The notes under the pieces were generated by a model. That model ran no database searches. It saw nothing but the letters and a program-made list of their open reading frames with translations, and was not told the origin of the DNA. From Vicinamibacterales bacterium (GTDB lineage Bacteria > Acidobacteriota > Vicinamibacteria > Vicinamibacterales > UBA2999): 64,000 nucleotides of DNA. This document shows, in pieces, positions 19,241 to 28,352 of this stretch. The number at the start of each line of letters is the position of its first letter. Within the stretch, counting starts at the first letter, position 1. The stretch is taken from positions 228-64,227 of the forward strand of contig CAXNKG010000012.1 of assembly GCA_964202965.1 (NCBI GenBank). Reading direction: 5' to 3'. A program made the position numbers and the translations under genes.

Positions 19241-20776
19241 CGGTTTCGCGGCCGCCAGCCGGACCGGCTTTCGGACCAGGGCTTCGAACGGCGCGAGGTT
19301 GCGTGACGCCGCCCACATTTCCAGCTCGGCGTCGCCGGTCGTCCTGAGCTGGAGCAGCAGATCGCTGCCGCGGTCCTGCAGTTCCAGCGCGGAAATGATC
19401 TGCGCGTGGCTCCGGTCGAGGTTTTCCGCGACGCGGAGCAGGGAGGCGAGGATCCGGACGGTCTTCTGCAGCGCCGGCGTCAACGATCCGTATTCCTCGT
19501 GCGTCTTCTTCGGCGTGCTGCGGCGATGGTACCGCGCGACCAGCGCCATGACCTCGATCTCGTCCGGCTCAAACCCGCGCAGGTCGCCGTTCTTGATCAG
19601 GTAATACGAGTGCCGGTGGTGGCGGGGATAGCTGATGTGCGTGCCGAGGTCGTGCATGAACGCCGCGTACTCCAGCCATTCGCGCTCGCGGTCGGTCAGC
19701 TCGTGCCGGGCGCGTGTCTGATCGAACAGCGCGAGCGCCAGCCGCGCGACCTGTTCCGCGTGCACCGCGACGTAGTTGCACCGTTCGGCAAGCTCGATGA
19801 CGCTGCGGCGCCTGACGTCCGGGATGCGATCGGCCTGCGCGATCTCCTGCGTGTGGCGCCGCACGTAGTCGATGACAAGTCCCTCCCGCAGCGCGAGGTC
19901 GCAGAGCGTCAGCTCTTCGGCGCCCAGGCGGCGCAGCAGCGTGTCGAGCAGGATGGCCCCCGCGACCGCGACGTCCGCGCGGCGCGGATCCAGGCCAGGA
20001 ATCGTCAGGCGTCCTTCGAGGTCGCGGCTCTGCAGCTCCTTCCGCACGCGCCGGATCTGCTTCGCCGAGACACGCAGGTTCCTCAATTCGTCGGGAGGCG
20101 TGCCCCTGACGGCGGTCGCGGCCATGACGCCGAGGCTCAGAATGGTCCCCGACGTCCCGACGACCCGGTCGAACCCGATCTCCGCGATCTGATCGCAGTA
20201 CCGTCCGGCCTCGGCGAGAATGTGCTTCTCGAGACGCGCCTCATCGCGGTCCGACAGCGGATCGGTGGTGACCAGCCGCTCCGACAGCCGGATGACGCCA
20301 AGCTTGAAGCTGCGTGCGAGCTGGACGGAGGACCCGGTCCCGAGCGTGACTTCGACGCTGCCGCCGCCGATATCGATGACGACGGCGCGCGCGCTGCCGA
20401 CATCGACGCCGTAGACCGCAGCCTGGTGGATCAGCCGCGCCTCCTCGGCGCCCGTGATGACGCGCGGCCGGATGCCCGTCTCTTTCGCGAGGCGCGACAG
20501 AAACTCGCCGCCGTTCCGCGCTTCACGCGTGGCGCTTGTGGCGACCGCGCGGATCTTGTCCACGCGGTGCGAGTCGGCAATCTTTCTGAACGTCGACAGC
20601 GCCTGCAGAGCCGCGTTCATCGCCTCCGCCGTCAGCGCGCGCCCGTCGAGGCCGCCCGCGCCGAGCCGCACCATGGCCTTCTCGCGATCGACGATCTCGA
20701 ACGACAGGTCCGGGCGCACGCGGGCGACGATCATGTGGACCGAATTCGTCCCGATGTCGATCGCCGCTATACGCAT
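19226..20776 (-). CDS. ppx: Exopolyphosphatase / pppGpp phosphohydrolase (Ppx/GppA family)
   Basis: [32 protein letters not shown], and a C-terminal HD-like region [23 protein letters not shown] 20776 is preferred over the listed 20815. Confidence 0.88.
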   Translation of the reverse strand: MRIAAIDIGTNSVHMIVARVRPDLSFEIVDREKAMVRLGAGGLDGRALTAEAMNAALQALSTFRKIADSHRVDKIRAVATSATREARNGGEFLSRLAKETGIRPRVITGAEEARLIHQAAVYGVDVGSARAVVIDIGGGSVEVTLGTGSSVQLARSFKLGVIRLSERLVTTDPLSDRDEARLEKHILAEAGRYCDQIAEIGFDRVVGTSGTILSLGVMAATAVRGTPPDELRNLRVSAKQIRRVRKELQSRDLEGRLTIPGLDPRRADVAVAGAILLDTLLRRLGAEELTLCDLALREGLVIDYVRRHTQEIAQADRIPDVRRRSVIELAERCNYVAVHAEQVARLALALFDQTRARHELTDREREWLEYAAFMHDLGTHISYPRHHRHSYYLIKNGDLRGFEPDEIEVMALVARYHRRSTPKKTHEEYGSLTPALQKTVRILASLLRVAENLDRSHAQIISALELQDRGSDLLLQLRTTGDAELEMWAASRNLAPFEALVRKPVRLAAAKPLTRN

Positions 20777-20783
20777 GCGGGGA

Positions 20784-20790
20784 TATAGTA
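20784..20790. promoter_or_regulatory. Shared AT-rich -10 core (TATAGT on +, TACTAT on -) between ppx and the CHAD gene
   Basis: The intergenic spacer is only 20 bp (20777-20796). TATAGT 20784-20789 lies 7 nt before ATG 20797. TACTAT (complement of 20785-20790) lies 8 nt before the ppx ATG 20776. Confidence 0.35.
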
Positions 20791-20796
20791 GGCACA

Positions 20797-21708
20797 ATGA
20801 CGCGCCGCACCACATCGCCGACGGAGATGGTCATCCGTCAGCGCGCCAGGGCGCTCGAGCGGTCGCTGCCCGGCGCGCAGAAGGGCAGGGTCGAGTGCGT
20901 GCACAAGGCGCGCGTGGCGACTCGCCGCCTGCGCGAAGCGGCGCCGCTCATCGTGTCCGGCGCGCGTGGCCGGAAGTTCGAGCGTCGCATGCGGCGTCTG
21001 ACGCGCGCGCTCGGGTCCGTGCGCGAGCTCGACGTGGCGCTCGTGACCCTGGACGAGCTTTGCGCGGCCGGCGCCGTGGCCGTGGCCTCAATCGCGCGGC
21101 TCAGGCAGGAAATCCGGCTGGAACGCGAACGCGTTTACGCGCACATGCGCGCGGAGGTGTCACGGATCGACGCAGAGCGGCTGCGCAGGAAACTGGTGGC
21201 TGCCGCGCGCAAGCACCAGTCGCAGGTGTCCGTGCGGACGAGGGACCCTAAGCGCATCGCGCGCGCCCGGACGCGCGCCGCACGCCGGGCGGACCGCCTG
21301 CGCGCGACCATCGGCAATGCCTCAACCATCTATCTGCCGGACCGCCTGCACGAGGTACGCGTCGCGGTGAAGAAACTGCGCTACGCCCTCGAGGTCGCGC
21401 GTGAGCTCAGCGGGTCGCGCGCCGTGGCACAGATAGGGACGCTCAAGCAGGTGCAGGACCTGCTCGGACGGATGCACGATCTGGAAGTGCTGATCCTGCG
21501 CGTCCGCGGCCTGCAGGGGTCGCCCCAGGCCCTCACCCTTCGGATCTCCGCCAACCTCGATCATCTGGTCCGGCATCTGGAAACCGAGTGCCGCCAGATC
21601 CACGGCCGGTACGTGACCATGCGCCGCCGGCTCGTGGCGGTGTGCGACACGACCGAGAAAGCCGCCGCTCCGCGGGACTCCTCCAGAGCCGCGGCGTCCG
21701 CCGCATAG
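20797..21708 (+). CDS. CHAD domain protein
   Basis: VHKARVATRRLREA and LHEVRVAVKKLRYALEV are the repeated CHAD helices, with a basic, helical composition. Confidence 0.75.
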   Translation: MTRRTTSPTEMVIRQRARALERSLPGAQKGRVECVHKARVATRRLREAAPLIVSGARGRKFERRMRRLTRALGSVRELDVALVTLDELCAAGAVAVASIARLRQEIRLERERVYAHMRAEVSRIDAERLRRKLVAAARKHQSQVSVRTRDPKRIARARTRAARRADRLRATIGNASTIYLPDRLHEVRVAVKKLRYALEVARELSGSRAVAQIGTLKQVQDLLGRMHDLEVLILRVRGLQGSPQALTLRISANLDHLVRHLETECRQIHGRYVTMRRRLVAVCDTTEKAAAPRDSSRAAASAA

Positions 21709-22215
21709 ATGGCCGGCCCCTGCGAGCTGTACCTGGTCCGTCACGCGATTGCGGCAGACCGCGGCGAGGACTGGCCAGACGACGACAAGCGGCCGCTGAC
21801 CGCGCGCGGCGTCGCGCGGTTCAGGGAGTCGGTCGAAGGCCTGCGGACGCTTGGCGTGGAGGTCGACGAAATGTTCACGAGCCCGTTGATTCGCGCGAAG
21901 CAGACGGCGGAGCTGATCGCGTCCGGTCTCGCTGGACAACCGACTGTGCGCACGCTCGATGCGCTCGCCCCTGGGCACGCGCCGGGTTCCGTGATGGCGC
22001 AGCTCGCGCGCGCCGCGAAGCGCCGGCGGATTGCGCTCGTCGGTCACGAGCCCGGTCTGGGCGAGCTCGCCGCTCACCTGATCGGCGCGGGGCGCGCGCT
22101 CCCGTTCAAGAAGGGCGGCGTCTGCCGGATTGACGTCGAGAGCCTGACGTCCCGCCGCCCGGGCGCGCTCAGCTGGTTCGTGCAACCGAAGCTGCTGAGG
22201 GGGTTGAGGAAGTAA
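21709..22215 (+). CDS. sixA: Phosphohistidine phosphatase SixA
   Basis: LYLVRHAIAA...RPLTARG...FTSPLIRAKQTAELI...LVGHEPGLGEL. The ATG directly follows the CHAD stop (TAGATG). Confidence 0.8.
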   Translation: MAGPCELYLVRHAIAADRGEDWPDDDKRPLTARGVARFRESVEGLRTLGVEVDEMFTSPLIRAKQTAELIASGLAGQPTVRTLDALAPGHAPGSVMAQLARAAKRRRIALVGHEPGLGELAAHLIGAGRALPFKKGGVCRIDVESLTSRRPGALSWFVQPKLLRGLRK

Positions 22216-22336
22216 GTCAAAAGTCAAAAGTCAAAAGTGAAGAGTCAAAAGTGAAAAGTAAGTCAGAAGTATTCGACCCGTACCTTTTGACCTTTGACCC
22301 TTGACCTTTGACTTTTGACTTTTGACTTTTGACTTT
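22216..22336. repeat. Heptanucleotide-periodic inverted repeat (GTCAAAA)n - loop - (TTTTGAC)n
   Basis: Left arm 22216-22257: GTCAAAA x3, GTGAAGA, GTCAAAA, GTGAAAA. Right arm 22285-22333: TTTTGAC, CTTTGAC, CCTTGAC, CTTTGAC, TTTTGAC x3. It starts 1 nt after the sixA stop and ends 8 nt before ATG 22345. Confidence 0.9.
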
Positions 22337-22344
22337 CCACCCAC

Positions 22345-23268
22345 ATGGTTCCGCCTCGCATCGCGATCATCATCAATCCGATCTCCGGGACCGGGGGGCG
22401 GTTGCACACTGCGCGCGAGCGCGCCGAGCGCGCCGCGGCGCTGGTCGCGGCGCGCGGACTGGACGCGCGCGTGTTCCTGACCGAGCGCCAGGGCCACGCG
22501 CGTGAAATCGCCGACGCCATGCTGCGCGACGGTGTGGCGACGATCGTGGCGTGGGGCGGAGACGGCACCGTCAATGAAATCGCGTCCGCCATGGTCTTCC
22601 GCGACGCGACCCTCGGCATCATTCCGGGCGGATCGGGCAACGGGCTCGCCCGCGAACTGCACATTCCAATGGATCCTGCCGGTGCCATCGACGTTGCCCT
22701 GACCGGCCGCGACGTGCAGATTGATGCCGGCGAGCTGGATGGCCGCCTGTTCTTCAATGTCGCGGGCATCGGCCTCGACGCCCGCGTGGCCCACCGGTTC
22801 GCGGCCGAGGGACGGCACAACCGCGGGTTCCGGAAATATCTGAGCGTCACCGCGCGGGAGCTGTTCTCGTACACGCCGGATGATCACACCGTGGTCGCCG
22901 ACGGCGAATCCGTTCGCGTGCGGGCGCTGTTCATCGCGATTGCCAACTCACGGCAATACGGAAACGGTGCACTGATTGCGCCGGATGCGAAGGTCAACGA
23001 TGGGCAGCTCGATGTCGTCGTGGTCGCCGCGCGCTCCGCGCTGTCGGCACTCATGCAGGTGCCGAGGATCTTTACCGGCCGGATTGCCCGTGTCAGCGGA
23101 GTGACGATGCGCCGCGCCACCGAGGTGACCATTTCGTCCGCCAGGCCGGTGGTCTATCACGTGGACGGTGAACCCTGTGTAGGATCGGTTGCGATCACGG
23201 CACGGGTGCGTCCTGGTGCGCTGCGCGTGCGGGTCCCCGCAGGTGAGCGGCTCGAGGTCCTTGCGTGA
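22345..23268 (+). CDS. Diacylglycerol/lipid kinase family protein (YegS/BmrU-like)
   Basis: IAIIINPISGTGG, VAWGGDGTVNEIA, GIIPGGSGNGLAREL. Confidence 0.85.
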   Translation: MVPPRIAIIINPISGTGGRLHTARERAERAAALVAARGLDARVFLTERQGHAREIADAMLRDGVATIVAWGGDGTVNEIASAMVFRDATLGIIPGGSGNGLARELHIPMDPAGAIDVALTGRDVQIDAGELDGRLFFNVAGIGLDARVAHRFAAEGRHNRGFRKYLSVTARELFSYTPDDHTVVADGESVRVRALFIAIANSRQYGNGALIAPDAKVNDGQLDVVVVAARSALSALMQVPRIFTGRIARVSGVTMRRATEVTISSARPVVYHVDGEPCVGSVAITARVRPGALRVRVPAGERLEVLA

Positions 23269-26200
23269 AGTTCCTGATCCTCCGGAATCTGGCGTACTAC
23301 TGGCGGTCGCATCTCGCGGCGATCGCCGGCGTCGCCACCGCTGTCGCGGTCCTCGCGGGCGCCCTGCTTGTCGGCGATTCCGTGCGGGGAACGCTCCGTG
23401 ACCTCGCCGCCCAGCGCCTCGGCCAGACCGATCACGTCGTCGTCTCGAGCGGGTTGTTCCGCGAGGCGCTCGCCGCGGACATGCGCGCGGACGCCGCGTT
23501 CGGTCGCGGATTCACCGACGCGGCGCCGCTCATCATCCTGCCTGCCATCGTGACCAACCAGGACAGCGGCCGCCGGCTCGGAGACGTGCGCGCGTACGGT
23601 GTGGACGATCGGTTCTGGACCTTCCACGGTACCGGCCGGTCTGGTCCGGCGGAGGACGAGGCGCTGATGAGTCCCTCCCTGGCGGAAGAACTGGGCGCCG
23701 CCAGTGGGACGACACTGCTGGTCCGCGTGCAGCGGCCTTCGGATATTCCGCTCGAGTCGCTGCACGGACGGAAAGAGGATGCCGGCCGCACGATTCGATT
23801 CACTGCCGCCGGCGTGCAGCCGTCGGACGCGATGGGAGAGTTCTCGCTCGAGCAGCGGCAGTCCGCCGTCAGAGCGATCTTCGTCCCGTTGTCGCAGGTG
23901 CAGCGGGAGCTCGACGTTCCGGATCGTGTCAACACGTTGCTTGTGGCGACGCGCGATGGAGCGGCAGGCGAGGCCGACGCGCTCCAGGACGTGATTCGCC
24001 GCACGGCCGCGCTCGCCGACGTCGGACTCAGCGTGACGACGCTGCGGGCGCGCAACCGTCTCACCGTCACTTCGGATGCCGGCGTGATGACGGATCAGCA
24101 CGCGGCCGCGGCCGCCGGGTTATCGCTGGGGGCAGGGGAGAGCCAGCCGCTGCTCACGTATCTGGCGAACACGCTTCGCATTGGCGATCGTGACATTCCG
24201 TACTCGCTGGTCACGGCCACTGACCTGACGTCGATGACCCCCGATCCGGGCGCCGTCGATGGCGATCCGATCGTGCTCAACGCGTGGGCGGCGTCGGAGC
24301 TCCAGGCGCGCGTCGGCGATTCGGTCTCGCTCGAGTATTACGTGTGGCAGGACACCGGCCGGCTTGCGGCCGAGGCGGCCGACTTCCGCGTCGCGGCGAT
24401 CGTGCCCATCGCGGCCGGCGATCGCGACATGGCACCCGCGTATCCCGGGATCACGGACTCCGCGACCATCGTCGACTGGGATCCGCCGTTTCCCCTCGAC
24501 CTGCGCCGGATCCAGCGGCGCGACGAAGCGTACTGGAACGAGTACCGGACGACCCCCAAGGCGTTCGTCGATTTTGAGACGGGGCGGCGGCTCTGGCGAT
24601 CGCGCCACGGAGGCGTCACGTCGATCCGCCTCGCTGCGCCGCCCGGGCAGACCCTCGATGAGGCCCGCGAGACGTACGAATCCCGGCTGAGAGCGAACAT
24701 CGATCCGCTGGCCGCCGGACTGGCTGTTCGTGATGTTCGCGCCGACAGCGCGATGGCCGCTCGCGGCGCCACCGATTTCGGCGCCTACTTCGTGTACTTC
24801 AGCTTCTTTCTCGTCGTGTCGGCGCTGCTGCTGGCGGTGTTGTTCTTCAAGCTGGGCGTCGATCAGCGCGCGCGGGAAATCGGATTGCTTCGCGCCGTGG
24901 GGTTCGGGCCCGCGGCTCTGAGGCGCGTGTTCCTCGCCGAAGGCTTGTTCCTGTCCCTCGTCGGCAGCATCGTCGGGGTCGCCGGGGCCGTGGCCTACGC
25001 GGGGCTGCTGGTCGCCGCCCTGCGCACATGGTGGGTGGATGCCATCGGGACGCGCGCACTGACGCTGCACGTCTCCGCCGTATCACTGCTGGCAGGCGCG
25101 GCGGGGGTCGTCATCGCCGCGCTCGTCTGCATCTGGTGGACGCTTCGCGGGCTGGGCCGGTTGTCCGAACGTGAGCTGCTCGCCGGTCAACTCTCGGCCG
25201 ATGGCGATCGCGCCGCCACTGCCTCCAGCCGCAGGTATGCCGGTGCCGGCATCGCACTGGCCGCCGCCGGCGCTGCATTGATTGGCGCGGCGAGCGCGGA
25301 TCTGCTTGCGGCCGCCGGTGCGTTCTTCGGCGCAGGCGCGCTGCTGCTGGCTGCAGGCCTCTGTTTCTGCAGCGCGATGTTCCGCCTGAGAGACGGCGCG
25401 GGCGTTGTTGAGCGCGGCTGGGGGCGCGGCTGGCCGTCCGTGTCGCGGCTGGGACTGCGAAACACGACGTACAGGCCTGCCCGCAGCGTGCTCTCCATCG
25501 CGGTCATCGCCTCGGCGACCTTCATCCTGATGGCCGTGGACGCTTTCCGCCGTGACGCCGGGGCGGATGCCGGCAACCGGTCGTCCGGCACCGGCGGGTA
25601 CGCGCTCTTCGTCGAAGCGCTCGTTCCGGTGGCGCACGACCCGAACACCGAGGAAGGCCGGCAGGCCCTGAATCTGATCGGATTCGAGGGCGCGACGTTC
25701 GAGCCGTTCCGGCTGCTGCCGGGCGACGACGCCAGCTGCCTGAACTTGTACGTGCCGACGCGGCCGCGCATCCTCGGCGCGAGTGACGCGTTCATCGAGC
25801 AGGGCCGCTTTGCCTTTCAGGAGTCGGTTGCCGTTACCGATGAGGACCGCGCGAACCCGTGGCGGCTGCTGCAGTCGCCTGAGGGCGACGGCGCAATCCC
25901 CGTCATCGTCGATGCGAACTCGTTGACGTACGTTCTGCATAAGCGTCTCGGGGACGACCTGACGATCACGTTCGACAACCGCGAGATCACGCTCCGGATT
26001 GTCGCCTCGCTGCGCGACAGCATGCTGCAGAGCGAGCTCGTGATGTCGCAGGCGAACTTCGTCCAGCACTTTCCAGACCAGCAGGGATATCAGGTGTTTC
26101 TGGTCGACTCGCAGGACAGTCCCGGTGAGCTTGCCGCCCGCGTGGAAGACGCACTGACCGATGTCGGCGGCGATGCGACCGCCGCGGCGGAGCGTCTGGC

Positions 26201-26606
26201 GGCATTTCATCGCGTGGAAAACACCTACCTCTCGACGTTCCAGACGCTCGGCGGCCTCGGCCTGCTGCTGGGAACGGTCGGGCTGGGCGCCGTCATGCTG
26301 CGCAACGTCATCGAGCGGCGACGGGAACTGGCCATGCTGGGCGCGCTCGGGTTTCGTCGCGGCCACTTCATGCTGATGGCGGCCGCCGAGACGATGCTCC
26401 TGCTCGCCGGCGGACTCGGTGTGGGCGCGATCTGCGCCGCGGTGGCGATTGCCCCCACGGTGGTGGAACGTGGCGGGCGCCTGCCTGTCAGCGCAGCCGG
26501 CCTGCTGGTGATCTTTGCGGTGTTCCTGACCGGTCTGCTATCGTCGCTCGCAGCGACGCGCCTGGTGTCGCGCGCACCGGTGCTGCAGTCGCTCCGAACC
26601 GAATGA
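23265..26606 (+). CDS. Duplicated FtsX-family ABC-type permease (about 10 TM, two large periplasmic domains); no ATPase gene adjacent
   Basis: 1113 aa; MKFLILRNLAYYWRSHL...; two FtsX 3-TM modules (about 24760-25130 and 26220-26560). The GTG start overlaps the kinase stop (GTGA), and its own stop overlaps the next ATG (ATGA). Confidence 0.8.
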   Translation: MKFLILRNLAYYWRSHLAAIAGVATAVAVLAGALLVGDSVRGTLRDLAAQRLGQTDHVVVSSGLFREALAADMRADAAFGRGFTDAAPLIILPAIVTNQDSGRRLGDVRAYGVDDRFWTFHGTGRSGPAEDEALMSPSLAEELGAASGTTLLVRVQRPSDIPLESLHGRKEDAGRTIRFTAAGVQPSDAMGEFSLEQRQSAVRAIFVPLSQVQRELDVPDRVNTLLVATRDGAAGEADALQDVIRRTAALADVGLSVTTLRARNRLTVTSDAGVMTDQHAAAAAGLSLGAGESQPLLTYLANTLRIGDRDIPYSLVTATDLTSMTPDPGAVDGDPIVLNAWAASELQARVGDSVSLEYYVWQDTGRLAAEAADFRVAAIVPIAAGDRDMAPAYPGITDSATIVDWDPPFPLDLRRIQRRDEAYWNEYRTTPKAFVDFETGRRLWRSRHGGVTSIRLAAPPGQTLDEARETYESRLRANIDPLAAGLAVRDVRADSAMAARGATDFGAYFVYFSFFLVVSALLLAVLFFKLGVDQRAREIGLLRAVGFGPAALRRVFLAEGLFLSLVGSIVGVAGAVAYAGLLVAALRTWWVDAIGTRALTLHVSAVSLLAGAAGVVIAALVCIWWTLRGLGRLSERELLAGQLSADGDRAATASSRRYAGAGIALAAAGAALIGAASADLLAAAGAFFGAGALLLAAGLCFCSAMFRLRDGAGVVERGWGRGWPSVSRLGLRNTTYRPARSVLSIAVIASATFILMAVDAFRRDAGADAGNRSSGTGGYALFVEALVPVAHDPNTEEGRQALNLIGFEGATFEPFRLLPGDDASCLNLYVPTRPRILGASDAFIEQGRFAFQESVAVTDEDRANPWRLLQSPEGDGAIPVIVDANSLTYVLHKRLGDDLTITFDNREITLRIVASLRDSMLQSELVMSQANFVQHFPDQQGYQVFLVDSQDSPGELAARVEDALTDVGGDATAAAERLAAFHRVENTYLSTFQTLGGLGLLLGTVGLGAVMLRNVIERRRELAMLGALGFRRGHFMLMAAAETMLLLAGGLGVGAICAAVAIAPTVVERGGRLPVSAAGLLVIFAVFLTGLLSSLAATRLVSRAPVLQSLRTE

Positions 26607-27883
26607 GTACTCGCATGCTTCTCGCGATCGGCGTCGCCTGCATCACTGCGTTGACACCGATGCCTGAGGTGCGAGGCCAGGAGCCCGGCGTCCGCATGAT
26701 CGCGGACGAGGGGGAGGGCGGGAAGTTCTGGCCCCGGTGGCGCGGGCCGTCAGGGCAGGGCCTCGCAACAGGAACCGGCTACCCGGATACCTGGTCACCC
26801 ACGCAGGGCGTGCTGTGGAAGACCCCGGTTCCCGGCACCGGCAACTCGTCGCCGATCATCTGGGGCGACCACATTTTCGTCACGAGCTCCTATGAAGGCG
26901 GGCGCAAGTTGTCGCTGCTGGCGTACCGGCGCAGCGACGGCCGCCTCCTCTGGGAATCGCCGGCGCCGGCCGGCCGCACCGATTCAGGCTCGCACTATAA
27001 GAACGGCCACGCCTCGTCCACGCCCGCGACCGATGGGCGACTCGTCTACGTGCTCTTCGGCGCGCGTGGACTGTTCGCCTTCGACTTCGCGGGCAAGCTT
27101 GTCTGGCAGCGCGATCTCGGCCCGATGGATGCGTACCACGGCGCCGCGGGATCGCCGCTCCTCTACAGGGACCGGATCGTTCTCTATCAGGATCAGTTCA
27201 GCGGGTCGTTCATCGCCGCGTTCGACGCGCGCACAGGACGCGAGCTGTGGCGCACGCGCCGCGACGCGAGCGTCGGGTGGGGCACGCCGATCGCCATTCG
27301 CGCCGGGCAGCGCGACGAAATCATTGTCAACGGACAGCAGCACGTCACCTCGTACGATCCGATCACCGGTCGCGAGCTGTGGCGGTGCGGCGGCACGACG
27401 TACGAAGTCATTCCGACGCCGGTCGTCGGCTACGGCATGGTCTTCTGTGCGTCCGGCCGCGCCGGGCCGACGCTCGCGATCCGGCCGGGCGGCAGCGGCG
27501 ACGTCAGCCGCACGCATCTGGCGTGGGAGAGTCCCCGCGGCTCACCGTTCGTGCCGTCGCCGATTCTGTACGGCGAGCAGCTCTACATGATCAACGACAT
27601 GGCGAGCATCGTCACGTCGCTGTCGGTGATGACGGGGCAGTCGCTCTGGCAGGGCAGGCTGGGTGTCGCGCAGCGCGAAGGATTTTCGGCGTCGCCCGTG
27701 GCCGTGGACGGCAAGATCTTCTTTACCAACGACGATGGCGAGACGTTCGTGCTGCGGGCGGGCCCGACGTTCGAGCTGATGCACGTCAATCAACTGGGCG
27801 AGAGCGTCCTGGCGTCACCGGCGCTCGTGGACGGCCGGTGGTACTTCCGGACGCAGCGGAACCTCTACGCGGTCGGCCGGTAG
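26603..27883 (+). CDS. PQQ-like (BamB-like) beta-propeller repeat protein, secreted
   Basis: Signal peptide, then KFWPRWRGPSGQG, then repeated ...LWK/..G.SSP.I.GD.IFV blades. Confidence 0.8.
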   Translation: MSTRMLLAIGVACITALTPMPEVRGQEPGVRMIADEGEGGKFWPRWRGPSGQGLATGTGYPDTWSPTQGVLWKTPVPGTGNSSPIIWGDHIFVTSSYEGGRKLSLLAYRRSDGRLLWESPAPAGRTDSGSHYKNGHASSTPATDGRLVYVLFGARGLFAFDFAGKLVWQRDLGPMDAYHGAAGSPLLYRDRIVLYQDQFSGSFIAAFDARTGRELWRTRRDASVGWGTPIAIRAGQRDEIIVNGQQHVTSYDPITGRELWRCGGTTYEVIPTPVVGYGMVFCASGRAGPTLAIRPGGSGDVSRTHLAWESPRGSPFVPSPILYGEQLYMINDMASIVTSLSVMTGQSLWQGRLGVAQREGFSASPVAVDGKIFFTNDDGETFVLRAGPTFELMHVNQLGESVLASPALVDGRWYFRTQRNLYAVGR

Positions 27884-28314
27884 TACAGCACCATCGCCGC
27901 GCCGACCGACGCCAGCCCGAATCCCACGACGAACATCGGATTGATCGCCTGCTTCGGCGGATGGATCGCCATCGATACGAGCACGTTGACGATCGGCGCG
28001 CCGCCGAAGACGAGCGGCATCACGTACACGGGCAGGCCGCCTGTCCGGAACGACCAGATGATGCAGGCGGCGCCTGCGGCACCGAGCGCCCCGGCAACGG
28101 TCGCGGTTATCAGCCCGGTCGTGTTGAAGCCTCCCAGTTGTCCCTGCGCTGCGAGCGCCACGACGGGGATGAGCACGCCGATCAGGAAATAGGCGGCCCC
28201 GACGCAGAGCAGCGCCTTGAGCGGGCTGCCGAGGAGGGTCTGTCCCATGTGGAGGAGCGCGCCGTACGCGCCCCACGAGAGCACCGCGCCGAGTACGAAC
28301 CAGACCCACGTCAT
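27865..28314 (-). CDS. Small polytopic membrane protein (function unknown)
   Basis: 149 aa, four to five hydrophobic helices. The 3' end overlaps the convergent propeller gene by 19 nt. TACAAT lies 7 nt upstream of the ATG. Confidence 0.55.
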   Translation of the reverse strand: MTWVWFVLGAVLSWGAYGALLHMGQTLLGSPLKALLCVGAAYFLIGVLIPVVALAAQGQLGGFNTTGLITATVAGALGAAGAACIIWSFRTGGLPVYVMPLVFGGAPIVNVLVSMAIHPPKQAINPMFVVGFGLASVGAAMVLYYRPTA

Positions 28315-28321
28315 GGCGGCG

Positions 28322-28327
28322 ATTGTA
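28322..28327 (-). promoter_or_regulatory. Candidate -10 box TACAAT, 7 nt before ATG 28314 (leaderless)
   Basis: The minus strand reads TTTGACATACAATCGCCGCC-ATG. Confidence 0.3.
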
Positions 28328-28352
28328 TGTCAAACTCCGAGGCGTTTTTGCG

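Noticed and set aside
22216-22336. Possible CRISPR array or minisatellite-encoded protein
   Set aside because: The units are 7 nt with no spacers and are arranged as two complementary arms. No cas genes are nearby. The element is better described as a hairpin repeat.
22231-22887. ORFs ending in KSKVKSQKSKVKGQRSKG (also 22263..22874, 45558..45860, 45810..46220)
   Set aside because: The lysine/serine repeats are simply translations of the heptamer hairpin arms (three 7-nt units equal 7 codons). The remaining parts are antisense to, or out of frame with, well-supported genes.
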